Shown here one piece after another: positions 43,561 through 52,204 of a stretch of 64,000 nucleotides of DNA. The stretch spans positions 12,129 to 76,128 of the forward strand of contig JAFZRE010000007.1 in NCBI GenBank assembly GCA_017620015.1, given 5' to 3'. Below the pieces are notes generated by a model. That model was not told the origin of the DNA, searched no databases, and worked only from the letters and a program-made list of their open reading frames with translations. Both the position numbers and the translations under genes were made by a program. The DNA comes from Bacteroidales bacterium (GTDB taxonomy: Bacteria; Bacteroidota; Bacteroidia; Bacteroidales; ML635J-15). Every line of letters begins with the position of its first letter. Position 1 is the first letter of the stretch.

Positions 43561-44283
43561 ATGGATAACACGCAGCACAACGATATTTTCGGACTCTGCC
43601 TCAAGGCATACCTCGAAGGCGACAAGCGGGCACGGATTACAGTGCGCACCGACATTGCCGAAACCGACTATCTTCCAGCCAGTTACCTTTTCCGCGGATT
43701 CGACAAGATGCCCGAACACGAAAAAGCCGCCCTTCTCGAAGCAAAAGGCAAAGTGCTCGACATTGGTGCCTGCGCTGGCTCACACTCGCTGTATCTGCAG
43801 GATAAAGGCTTTGATGTAACCGCCCTCGACATCTCAGAAGGATGCTGCGAAGTGATGCAGAAGCGCGGTGTAAAAAAGGTAGTCTGCAAAAATATTTTCG
43901 ACTACAATTCAGAAAAATTCGACACCATCTTCCTACTAATGAACGGTATAGGAATGGCTGGCACATTACCAGAACTTCCGAAGCTACTCACCCACTTGAA
44001 ATCATTGCTCAATGATGGCGGTCAAATAATTTTCGACTCGTCAGACTTGCAATACCTTTACTTGGAAGACGACGGCTCGATGAATATCCCGCTAGGCGGA
44101 AAATATTACGGAGAACTTGTATATGACATTTCGTTCCACAAGCAGAGTTCCGGCAAATTCAACTGGTTCTTTGCCGACCCGTATTCCGTTGAGGATTACG
44201 CAGAACAATGCAGACTAAAAATGGAAATCATACAATTTGGTGAACACTACGACTATGCGGCAAGGCTAACGGTCAATCAATAG
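43561..44283 (+). CDS. class I SAM-dependent methyltransferase
   Basis: 240 aa with the SAM-binding motif I VLDIGACAGSHSLYL, followed by DVTALDISE. Confidence 0.8.
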   Translation: MDNTQHNDIFGLCLKAYLEGDKRARITVRTDIAETDYLPASYLFRGFDKMPEHEKAALLEAKGKVLDIGACAGSHSLYLQDKGFDVTALDISEGCCEVMQKRGVKKVVCKNIFDYNSEKFDTIFLLMNGIGMAGTLPELPKLLTHLKSLLNDGGQIIFDSSDLQYLYLEDDGSMNIPLGGKYYGELVYDISFHKQSSGKFNWFFADPYSVEDYAEQCRLKMEIIQFGEHYDYAARLTVNQ

Positions 44284-45565
44284 CCGTCCCATACAGTTCA
44301 TATTCCGAAGCATCATCTATCTTGACATTTACAAAATCACCGACCTTGTATTTGTCGGAATATGGGAAAAGCACCTCGTTATCAACCTCTACGGAATCGT
44401 ATTCCGTACGACCAACAAACATATCGTCCTCGATATAGTCAATAAGCACGCGGAAAGTCTTGCCGACCTTCGCCAGATTTGACTGCAACGAGATTTCCTG
44501 CTGGATTTCCATAATACGCTCGGCGCGTTCGTCCTTCACATCCTGCGGAACCACATCGCAGAACTCCGATGCAGCAGCCGTGCCGTCCTCCTCCGAATAT
44601 GTAAACACGCCAAGTCGGTCGAATTTCTGCTCCTTTACAAATTCCACAAGTTCCTCAAATTCAGCGCCGCCCTCGTTTGGAAAACCGACAAGCATTGTGG
44701 TGCGGATTACTGCCTCAGGAATTGTCTTGCGAATCTTGTCGAGAAGCGCAACGGTCTGCTTTTTGTCGCCACCACGGTGCATCCCGGAGAGAACCTTGTC
44801 GGAAATATGCTGCAGAGGAATATCGATGTACTTGCAAACCTTTGGATTGTCGCGGATGACATCGAGCAGACGCTCCGGAAACAGGAAAGGATATAGGTAG
44901 TGCAGACGAATCCACTCGATACCAGCAATTTCGGACAGGCGCTCGACCAGTTCGGGCAACATGAAGCGGTGTTCCATGTCGTAGCCATAGTAGCACAGGT
45001 CCTGCGCAATGAGTATCAGTTCCTTGACACCGCTTTTTGCAAGTTGCTCGGCCTCGGCGACAATATCGTCCATCTGGCGCGAAACATATTTGCCCTTGAA
45101 CAGCGGAATTGCACAGAAAGCGCAATTGCGCACACAGCCTTCCGAAATCTTAAGGTAGGCGTAATGTCCTGCCGCACTCGACACGCGCGAATTTGCCTTG
45201 CCCTCGTCCGACTTCTTTCCAAGGAAAGCAAGCAGTTCGTCAATCTTATAATTGCCGCACATAAAATCGACCTCTGGCAGTTCGGCCTTCAAGTCGTCGT
45301 AGTAGCGAGCCGACAAGCATCCGAACACGACAATCTTCTTCAGTTTCGACTTGCCCTTTTCGCCGGCAAGCTTCAATATGGCATTTATCGACTCCTCCTT
45401 GGCATCGTTTATGAAACCGCAGGTATTTACAAAAGCAATTTCGGCATCCGTCTCGTCCGAATCGAACACAACCTCGTAGCCGTTTGCCACAAGCTGTGCA
45501 GCAAGCTTCTCCGAATCAACAAGATTCTTCGAGCACCCCATCGTCACTATATTGACCTTCGACAT
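44273..45565 (-). CDS. rimO: ribosomal protein S12 methylthiotransferase RimO
   Basis: MSKVNIVTMGCSKNLVDSE (MTTase N-domain), the radical-SAM motif CVRNCAFCAIP and a TRAM C-terminus. The track ORF extends to 45592, but that codon is TTG and would contain the promoter box. The ATG is at 45565. Confidence 0.9.
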   Translation of the reverse strand: MSKVNIVTMGCSKNLVDSEKLAAQLVANGYEVVFDSDETDAEIAFVNTCGFINDAKEESINAILKLAGEKGKSKLKKIVVFGCLSARYYDDLKAELPEVDFMCGNYKIDELLAFLGKKSDEGKANSRVSSAAGHYAYLKISEGCVRNCAFCAIPLFKGKYVSRQMDDIVAEAEQLAKSGVKELILIAQDLCYYGYDMEHRFMLPELVERLSEIAGIEWIRLHYLYPFLFPERLLDVIRDNPKVCKYIDIPLQHISDKVLSGMHRGGDKKQTVALLDKIRKTIPEAVIRTTMLVGFPNEGGAEFEELVEFVKEQKFDRLGVFTYSEEDGTAAASEFCDVVPQDVKDERAERIMEIQQEISLQSNLAKVGKTFRVLIDYIEDDMFVGRTEYDSVEVDNEVLFPYSDKYKVGDFVNVKIDDASEYELYGTAID

Positions 45566-45581
45566 AGATGAAAATTTTGTG

Positions 45582-45589
45582 CAAAGATA
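45582..45589 (-). promoter_or_regulatory. Bacteroides-type -7 box (TATCTTTG) for rimO
   Basis: The minus-strand sequence matches TAnnTTTG, 16 nt upstream of the ATG at 45565. Confidence 0.45.
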
Positions 45590-45754
45590 CAAAAAACGCT
45601 AATCATCGCCACTAACGCTAGACAAACAACCTTACTTCTCCTAACACCACCATTCCACACAAACAAAACCATCTATGCAGGGAAAAATATTTATTAAAAA
45701 TCGTCTGTGTACAGAAAAAAAATAATAATATTTTTCTATGCAAAGAAAATTTAA

Positions 45755-45762
45755 TACCTTTG
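45755..45762 (+). promoter_or_regulatory. Bacteroides-type -7 box (TACCTTTG) for the ATPase gene
   Basis: Matches TAnnTTTG, 36 nt upstream of the ATG at 45799. Confidence 0.4.
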
Positions 45763-45798
45763 CAGCAAGATATATAATTGTACTAAACAACTGATTTT

Positions 45799-46992
45799 AT
45801 GGAAAGTGTATATAGAATATCGGCACAGCTTATCGAAAAAACATCTACAGACATTATCAGATATTTATTCGATAGGATACAATGGGAAGACAGACTGATT
45901 GGCATAAAAGGTGCGCGGGGTGTCGGGAAGACCACGATAATGCTACAATACATAAAACTGAGAATCGCAGACAGACGCAAAGCCCTGTATGTATCGCTTG
46001 ACAATATCTGGTTTACAGCGCACACATTGGTCGAACTTGCCGACTATCATAATGCCCATGGCGGCGAATACCTTTTTCTTGACGAGGTTCACAGGTATCC
46101 CAACTGGTCGATAGAAGTGAAAAACATATACGACTCATACCCAGATATGCACATCGTGTTCACAGGCTCGTCGTTGCTCGAAATCGACAATTCCATAGCC
46201 GACCTGTCGCGGAGATGCGTAATCTACGAAATGCACGGACTGTCGTTCAGAGAGTTCCTAAACTTTGAGGGCGAACATTTCGACAAGGTGTATTCCCTGT
46301 CAGAAATCATAAAGTCACACTACGACATTGCAACACAGATTACCGCCAAAAGCAAAGTGCTTCCAAAATTCGAGAAGTATTTGAAGCGGGGCTACTATCC
46401 TTACTACAGGGGAAGTTCGGAAATCACATATCTCACAAAAGTTCAGCAAGTTGTAAATACCATCATAGACAACGACATTCCTGCCGTAACCGAAATAGAG
46501 TATGCCTCGCTGAAAAAGGCCAAGCAACTGCTTGTGATTCTGGCCGAGACGGTTCCTTATACGCTCAACATCCAGTCGCTTTGCACGATGATGCAAATCG
46601 GCAGGAACCAGCTTATGCGGCTTTTCGACCTTCTCAACAGGGCTGGCGTAATACGCATGATATATTCGAAAGACAAAGGTCTGAAACAACTTTTGAAGCC
46701 CGAAAAGATTGTGTTCGGCAACACCAACATAATGGACGCTCTATCGGAGAAAGTTGAGACTGGCACTGTGCGGGAAACATTCTTTGCAAACCAGCTTTCG
46801 CTCGAAAATCGCATTGCCATGCCACAAAAAGGCGACTTTCTTGTAAATTCCGACTATGTATTCGAGGTTGGCGGACACGGAAAGGGATACAAGCAGATAA
46901 GCGGAGTAAAAGGCAGTTTTGTTGTGGCAGACGGAATCGAGATCGGCATAGACAACAAGATTCCTCTGTGGATGTTTGGAATGATGTACTAA
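45799..46992 (+). CDS. AAA-type ATP-binding protein (AAA_14 plus DUF4143-like architecture)
   Basis: 397 aa with Walker A GIKGARGVGKTT, Walker B LFLDEVHRYPNW, and FTGSSLLEI...LSRRCVIYEMHGLSFREFL. Confidence 0.85.
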   Translation: MESVYRISAQLIEKTSTDIIRYLFDRIQWEDRLIGIKGARGVGKTTIMLQYIKLRIADRRKALYVSLDNIWFTAHTLVELADYHNAHGGEYLFLDEVHRYPNWSIEVKNIYDSYPDMHIVFTGSSLLEIDNSIADLSRRCVIYEMHGLSFREFLNFEGEHFDKVYSLSEIIKSHYDIATQITAKSKVLPKFEKYLKRGYYPYYRGSSEITYLTKVQQVVNTIIDNDIPAVTEIEYASLKKAKQLLVILAETVPYTLNIQSLCTMMQIGRNQLMRLFDLLNRAGVIRMIYSKDKGLKQLLKPEKIVFGNTNIMDALSEKVETGTVRETFFANQLSLENRIAMPQKGDFLVNSDYVFEVGGHGKGYKQISGVKGSFVVADGIEIGIDNKIPLWMFGMMY

Positions 46993-47011
46993 AATACATT
47001 TTCCGCGCCTA

Positions 47012-47056
47012 CTATCGCCACACCGAAGGCGTAATAAACACTCGCCACAGCCCTTC
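47012..47056 (-). pseudogene. remnant of the 3' end of a second fic-like gene
   Basis: The minus-strand translation is EGLWRVFITPSVWR*. WRVFITPSV is identical to the last 9 residues of the intact Fic ORF, and 28 of 30 nt are identical to 47125-47154. Confidence 0.55.
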
Positions 47057-47080
47057 GGAAGTACACATCTTATTCAAAAG

Positions 47081-47112
47081 GTGGCTACACAGCCACCAAA
47101 TCAGCAACAAAA
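47081..47112. repeat. copy 1 of the hairpin + CAAATCAGCAACAAAA direct repeat (downstream of fic)
   Basis: GTGGCTACACAGCCAC hairpin followed by CAAATCAGCAACAAAA. The 20-mer CCACCAAATCAGCAACAAAA (47093-47112) is identical to 48233-48252. Confidence 0.8.
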
Positions 47113-47124
47113 GCGCAACAATCA

Positions 47125-48201
47125 TCACACCGACGGCGTAATAAACACTCGCCACGAACCTTTGCCATCTTTCTCGATATAGCCCTTATCTTGCAACGAC
47201 TGAAGCATTTTCTGAATAGCAGAACGATTTATGCCGATTTCTTCTTGCAAATAGGCAAATGTTGCCTGCGGTTCAATTTGCAACTCTCTGAGAATCTTCG
47301 CATAACTCGGCGTACGAAAAGCTATGCGCTCGCCGTCGTACCACCACACATTTTCATTCTTCTCTGTAACAAACAACACATCATTCTCAAATTCCTGCGC
47401 TATAAGTGTTACCATATATTTATAAAATGGTCGTATGGCTTTCAGCGATGCGTGCGCACCATCGTATGGGACACTACCGACAATTAAATCAGACTGATGC
47501 AAGGCTTCCAAATAATTATGTTTCAACCTGCTACGCACAACAACCATAGGATAGCCGTGTCGCGACAAAATGTAATTGAACATCAACCTTGCTATACGAC
47601 CATTGCCATCCTCGAACGGGTGAATGCGAATGTAGCGGTAATGAAACAAAACCGCCAATTCTACTGGCGACATTTTGCCTTCCGACTCAGCTTTGTTGTA
47701 CCAATCCACAAGGTCTGCCATCAATGCAGGCGTTTCTTCGGGAGATGCGTACTCAAATCGGTCACCATAACGAGTAATCACACTATTCGGGCGTGTCTTG
47801 TACTGCCCTGCGTGTATGGTATAGCTTGTCTGCCCTCCCCCTGGAAGATTACGGTAAACAGTATAATCTTCGCGAAGCAAAGTGCGATGCAATGTACGGA
47901 TAAAGTTCTGTGTCAAAGGTTGCTGCGTTTCCGTAGCCTCGACCAACATCATCTTTAAGCCCACATTACTCGCTTTCATTTCTTCGCAATCGCGAAAATT
48001 AACCTCACCCGATATTTTTCCAAATAGCAAAAGCAATTCAGTTTGACCATAAGTCAAGGTATTACCCTCAATATGATTGCTATTGTAATTAAAATCAATG
48101 GAAAAGCGACAACTTAATCTGTTCAAGTCACTTTCCGACAACGGCTGTATCTTCTGCCATTTCTCCAATACCGCTTGCAATTTCTTATCTTCTGTTCGCA
48201 T
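47125..48201 (-). CDS. Fic family protein (AMPylase-type motif) with a C-terminal winged-helix-like domain
   Basis: 358 aa with the canonical Fic motif HPFEDGNGRIARL. The C-terminal ~70 aa resemble a wHTH (LQEEIGINRSAIQKMLQSLQDKGYIEK). Confidence 0.9.
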   Translation of the reverse strand: MRTEDKKLQAVLEKWQKIQPLSESDLNRLSCRFSIDFNYNSNHIEGNTLTYGQTELLLLFGKISGEVNFRDCEEMKASNVGLKMMLVEATETQQPLTQNFIRTLHRTLLREDYTVYRNLPGGGQTSYTIHAGQYKTRPNSVITRYGDRFEYASPEETPALMADLVDWYNKAESEGKMSPVELAVLFHYRYIRIHPFEDGNGRIARLMFNYILSRHGYPMVVVRSRLKHNYLEALHQSDLIVGSVPYDGAHASLKAIRPFYKYMVTLIAQEFENDVLFVTEKNENVWWYDGERIAFRTPSYAKILRELQIEPQATFAYLQEEIGINRSAIQKMLQSLQDKGYIEKDGKGSWRVFITPSV

Positions 48202-48220
48202 ACATTTACCACTATTTTTA

Positions 48221-48252
48221 GTGGTAACATTACCACCAAATCAGCAACAAAA
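48221..48252. repeat. copy 2 of the hairpin + CAAATCAGCAACAAAA direct repeat (upstream of fic)
   Basis: GTGGTAACATTACCAC hairpin followed by CAAATCAGCAACAAAA. The stem sequence differs from copy 1, but pairing is preserved. Confidence 0.8.
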
Positions 48253-48255
48253 ATA
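48248..48255 (-). promoter_or_regulatory. candidate -7 box (TATTTTTG) for fic, overlapping repeat copy 2
   Basis: The minus-strand sequence matches TAnnTTTG, 46 nt upstream of the ATG at 48201. The equivalent position in copy 1 reads CGCTTTTG, which is not a match. Confidence 0.4.
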
Positions 48256-48312
48256 CAATTTATTTTTATTATGCAAGAATTGATAAGAAAATTTTTAGGC
48301 AAAAGACTTGGT

Positions 48313-48473
48313 TCTTTCATTTGAAAACAATAATTCCCGCCCCCAGAGTGTCAGTCGAAGGGAAGGTAACGAAAATCATTAGAGTACCTTGGCTTCGGCT
48401 AACGCTCAGCCTGCGGATTTGTTCAAATACTAAACATTTGTATCATAAGTAATAACATTGTCCAAATGAAAGA
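48313..48473. mobile_element. MITE-like 161-bp element with 11-bp perfect terminal inverted repeats
   Basis: TCTTTCATTTG (48313-48323) and CAAATGAAAGA (48463-48473) bracket two arms of the dispersed palindromic family: AGAGTGTCAGTCGAAGGG at 48345-48362 and CCTTGGCTTCGGCTAACGCTCAGCCT at 48387-48412. Confidence 0.4.
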
Positions 48474-48498
48474 GCCGTGGACAAAATGTCACCCTCTA

Positions 48499-49740
48499 CT
48501 ACTCAAATCTCATCGAATCGGCAGGCGTAATCTTCGAAACGATAAACGACGGCAATATCATCATAACCACTATCACAACCAAAGAACCAGCATTAAGCAG
48601 CAAAATGTTCACGATGTCCAGATTTATCGGAACAGTTGACACATAGTACGATGCCGGGTCAAGATGTATAATGCCGAAATAATACTGCAGCACGCAGAGT
48701 AAAATTCCGATCACATTGCCCCACAGCAATCCCTTGACTGTAAGATAAGATGCAAAATACAGGAAAACTTTTCGTACCGAGACATTGGTTGCCCCCATAC
48801 TTTTCAGAATGCCAATCATGTTCACCCTTTCGAGAATCAGCACCAACAGACCCGAAATCATGTTGAAGCCTGTGACGGCAACCATAAGTCCGAGAATTAT
48901 CCACACATTCATATCGAGCAACGACAGCCAGTCGAAAATGCCTGGATATTCCTGCCGTATGTTTGTGACTTTCAGAATCTCGCCATCGGGATTGTAGGAG
49001 CAACAAGTTTTCGAAACCTTGCGTTCCATCTCATCAAGCTGGTCTATGTCGTCAATCTTAACCTCGAAGCCAGAAACTTGTCCGTCCTTCCAGTCGTTAA
49101 GCTTGCGCAAATGCTTGATATCGGCAATGATATACATCTTGTCAAACTCCTCGAGCTGGGTATTGTATATTCCTTCAACGGTAAATTTCCTCATTCGTGG
49201 CGGATTCTGGATGAAATAAGCAGCAAACGAATCACCAACTTTCAAATTTAGCACATCGGCGATACTTTTCGACACAAGAACACCGTTTGTCCGTGCTGTA
49301 TCGTTGATTTCGAGCAGTTTTCCATCGACAAGGTATTCCTCGAAGAACGACCAGTTGTATTCTTCGTCAACTCCCTTGAACACAACGCCTTGCAGATAGT
49401 CGTCAGTCTTTACTATTCCAGCCTTTACAATATATCGGTCAACCGATTTCACGCCGTCCATCTCGCGTAGCGACGAAAGCCAAGTCTGCTCGCCCGAAAC
49501 AGGTACCGTCTCGTACGACGAGTTACTGTCGTAGTTTGTTATGCTGATGTGTGCGCCAAAACCTATTACCTTGCGAGAAATCTCATTCTTGAAGCCAGTA
49601 ACTATCGCAACAGAAACAAGCATCACAGCAAGTCCCACTGCAATTCCAGCCACAGCAATGCCAAGTATCGAGCGGCTAAATCCGCCCGACCTGCGCTGCT
49701 TGAGCACCAGACGTTTTGCTATGAAAAATTCGTAGTTCAC
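48499..49740 (-). CDS. ABC transporter permease, FtsX/LolE-like (MacB-type fold)
   Basis: 413 aa. The N-terminus is NYEFFIAKRLVLKQ...SILGIAVAGIAVGLAVMLVSVAIVTGF, followed by a large periplasmic loop and 3 C-terminal TM helices. The start is GTG and overlaps the upstream stop (GTGA). Confidence 0.85.
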   Translation of the reverse strand: MNYEFFIAKRLVLKQRRSGGFSRSILGIAVAGIAVGLAVMLVSVAIVTGFKNEISRKVIGFGAHISITNYDSNSSYETVPVSGEQTWLSSLREMDGVKSVDRYIVKAGIVKTDDYLQGVVFKGVDEEYNWSFFEEYLVDGKLLEINDTARTNGVLVSKSIADVLNLKVGDSFAAYFIQNPPRMRKFTVEGIYNTQLEEFDKMYIIADIKHLRKLNDWKDGQVSGFEVKIDDIDQLDEMERKVSKTCCSYNPDGEILKVTNIRQEYPGIFDWLSLLDMNVWIILGLMVAVTGFNMISGLLVLILERVNMIGILKSMGATNVSVRKVFLYFASYLTVKGLLWGNVIGILLCVLQYYFGIIHLDPASYYVSTVPINLDIVNILLLNAGSLVVIVVMMILPSFIVSKITPADSMRFE

Positions 49741-50024
49741 TTCTGTTCGTCTTCGTTCACTTCCTCAAAATCGACATATTCCTCATCCACATTGCCTTTC
49801 TGCGGCTCATCCTTTTGCGGAATATGGTCAACCCTGATATCGCCATAGGTCCTACCTTCTCCGCTCTGGTTTTCTTCCTCAAAATTCTGGAATTGCCCAC
49901 CAAATTCCTTCATCCGTTTCTGTACAAATCGTTTCAGAAGCCACGGTGCCAGATAGCGGAACAGCAGTTTCGCCAGCAACATCGCAAGGACGAGGAATAT
50001 TATTATGTTCAAAAAAACTTCCAT
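49737..50024 (-). CDS. small membrane protein, DUF4834-like
   Basis: The start was moved to the internal ATG (MEVFLNIIIFLVLAMLLAKLL), 1 nt after the upstream stop. It has an N-terminal TM helix and an acidic tail ending EEYVDFEEVNEDEQK. The family name is tentative. Confidence 0.6.
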   Translation of the reverse strand: MEVFLNIIIFLVLAMLLAKLLFRYLAPWLLKRFVQKRMKEFGGQFQNFEEENQSGEGRTYGDIRVDHIPQKDEPQKGNVDEEYVDFEEVNEDEQK

Positions 50025-50025
50025 T

Positions 50026-50688
50026 TTATAACGATAAAGCCAAATAAAGCAATGCCGGAACCGCAGCACCTATTGCGAATCCCAGATGCACTTGCAAATT
50101 GTTATGTCTTCCCAGATACAATCTCGATGCCAGAACCATTCCGCTGGCAAGTATCGCCAGAATAGATATCAAAAATCCATTCTCAAACACATACGAATAC
50201 TGGAACAGCATCAAATACAATGCAAATCCCCAACCGTATGCATGAATGCTAAGCCTCCAGAAATTGTTTACAAGCAGGCATCCCAACGAAGCAATGGCAG
50301 TAAGCATTGTTATCAATCCCCACATCGGTGCCTTGTAAACAAAGAATCCAAGCAACGAAAATGCCACGACAACAGCCAATGCCATGGTGCGACTGCGCGT
50401 ATCCTCGAAGAAACTCTCGAAACGGTCGGCAAGTCCGCCCGACATCTGCGAAACTTCCTCCTGCGAAAGCACGACATCACTGCCATGCACATTATTGGTA
50501 CGTCTATACTGCATAAATGCAAACACAAGCAGCATTACAAGGAACGGGAATACAAATGTCATTCCTGCAACCATAATAGGATGCAAGCCATAAATGTCGT
50601 TTATAGCCAATGCAAAATAAGTGGGCAAAAGAATCGGATGCCCGATTATGCTCACCACCTTGAAGAATATGTCAAGGAAGCCACGCAT
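50026..50688 (-). CDS. polytopic membrane protein, PAP2 (acid phosphatase)-like
   Basis: 220 aa with about 6 TM helices. Candidate PAP2 motifs are LSIHAYGWG (SxH) and ASRLYLGRHNNLQVHLG (SRxxxxxHxxx). The assignment comes from motifs only. Confidence 0.5.
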   Translation of the reverse strand: MRGFLDIFFKVVSIIGHPILLPTYFALAINDIYGLHPIMVAGMTFVFPFLVMLLVFAFMQYRRTNNVHGSDVVLSQEEVSQMSGGLADRFESFFEDTRSRTMALAVVVAFSLLGFFVYKAPMWGLITMLTAIASLGCLLVNNFWRLSIHAYGWGFALYLMLFQYSYVFENGFLISILAILASGMVLASRLYLGRHNNLQVHLGFAIGAAVPALLYLALSL

Positions 50689-50690
50689 AT

Positions 50691-52193
50691 TTATATTTTT
50701 CGTCTGAGACGTGCAACTGGAATACCCATCTGCTCGCGGTACTTGGCAATTGTACGACGTGCAATTATATATCCCCTGTCCTTCAAAATCTCGGAAAGGC
50801 GGTCGTCGGTTAGCGGCTTAGCAGAATCCTCAGCATCAATGCATTCCTTCAGAATCTGCTTTACCTCACGAGTGGAAACCTCTTCGCCCGAATCGGTCTG
50901 CATAGCCTCGCTGAAGAAGAACTTGAGCAGGAAATTGCCGTATGGCGTAGCAACGTACTTGCTGTTGGCGACTCGCGAAACCGTTGAAATGTCAAGGTTT
51001 GTCATTTCGGCAATGTCCTTCAGAATCATAGGACGGATGTCAGCCTCGTCTCCTGTAATGAAAAACTTGCGCTGGAACTGCACAATCGCCTCCATCGTGT
51101 ACAACAAGGTACGCCTGCGCTGCTCAATTGCATCGATAAACCACTTGGCGTTGTCAATCTTCTGCTTGACGAAAGTTACAACTTCCTTGTTGCCAGCCTT
51201 GTCCGACGAGTATTCGTCCATCATCTTCGAGAACGACCTGCTTATGCGCAAATCGGGCGAATTGCGGTTGTTGAGCGACACAGCTATGTCGTTGTCCTCA
51301 ACTTCAACTATAAAATCGGGAATTATTGCCTGTATATTAGCTTTCTGTGGTTCGCCATACGAGTTGCCTGGCTTTGGATTCAACTTTATAATAACATCTA
51401 TTGCATCCTTCAAGTCCTGCTCAGTGATGTTGCACTTCTGCATTATTTTCTCGTAATGCTTCTTGGTAAATTCTTCAAAGCAATCCGTAAGCACCATTAT
51501 CGCAACCTTCACGCCATGAGTCTGCTCCTCTTTCCTACGAAGCTGAATCAAAAGGCATTCCTGCAAACTACGTGCTCCGATACCAGCAGGGTCGAGTTCT
51601 TGAATTACCTTTAGGACATCTTCAAGTTCCTGTTCCGAAACCTCTATATTCTGCGAAAAAGCAATATCATCGGCTACAGCATCAAGGTCACGGCGAAGAT
51701 AGCCGTCCTCGTCGATATTTCCGACAAGGAACGGAGCAATAAACTTTTGTCTTTCAGTAACATCTTTCAGAATAAACTGCTCGAAAAGATGCTCGTTGAA
51801 CGACTTTGATGCCGAATAGGGCATTTCTACCCTATCGTCATCCTTGGAAGTATTATTTACTTCAAGGCGATAGTTTGGAATTTCATCGTCGTCGTTTGCA
51901 CCGTAGTCATCGTCAAGCGAATAGTCATCTTCGCGAGTGTATTCGTCTTCCGAATTCTGCTCGCCATCGTCGCGTTCCTCTTCGTGAGTAAGAACATCGC
52001 TGTCGTTTTCAACTATGCTATCGCCGTCATCGTAGTCGCCTTCACCGCCATCGTCGAGAGCTGGATTTTCCTCAATCTCGTTCTTGATGCGTTCTTCGAG
52101 CTGCAAAGTATTCAGTTCCAACAGCTTTATCATTTGAATCTGCTGCGGAGCCAACTTCTGCGTAAGTTTCTGTTCGAGCGATGTTTTGAGCAT
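50691..52193 (-). CDS. rpoN: RNA polymerase sigma-54 factor
   Basis: 500 aa. The N-terminus is LKTSLEQKLTQKLAPQQIQMIKLLEL, followed by an acidic region II. The C-terminus has an HTH and the RpoN box ARRTIAKYREQMGIP. Confidence 0.95.
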   Translation of the reverse strand: MLKTSLEQKLTQKLAPQQIQMIKLLELNTLQLEERIKNEIEENPALDDGGEGDYDDGDSIVENDSDVLTHEEERDDGEQNSEDEYTREDDYSLDDDYGANDDDEIPNYRLEVNNTSKDDDRVEMPYSASKSFNEHLFEQFILKDVTERQKFIAPFLVGNIDEDGYLRRDLDAVADDIAFSQNIEVSEQELEDVLKVIQELDPAGIGARSLQECLLIQLRRKEEQTHGVKVAIMVLTDCFEEFTKKHYEKIMQKCNITEQDLKDAIDVIIKLNPKPGNSYGEPQKANIQAIIPDFIVEVEDNDIAVSLNNRNSPDLRISRSFSKMMDEYSSDKAGNKEVVTFVKQKIDNAKWFIDAIEQRRRTLLYTMEAIVQFQRKFFITGDEADIRPMILKDIAEMTNLDISTVSRVANSKYVATPYGNFLLKFFFSEAMQTDSGEEVSTREVKQILKECIDAEDSAKPLTDDRLSEILKDRGYIIARRTIAKYREQMGIPVARLRRKI

Positions 52194-52204
52194 AGTCTGG
52201 AATT

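Noticed and set aside
44900-45571. 223-aa plus-strand ORF; a similar case is the 224-aa ORF at 54899-55573
   Set aside because: These are antisense to rimO and to the M17 aminopeptidase respectively. Both of those genes carry diagnostic motifs (CVRNCAFC and NTDAEGRL).
50086-51456. 456-aa plus-strand ORF
   Set aside because: It is antisense to the unmistakable rpoN gene and the PAP2-like gene. The translation has no motifs and is rich in Arg/Ser/Cys/His.
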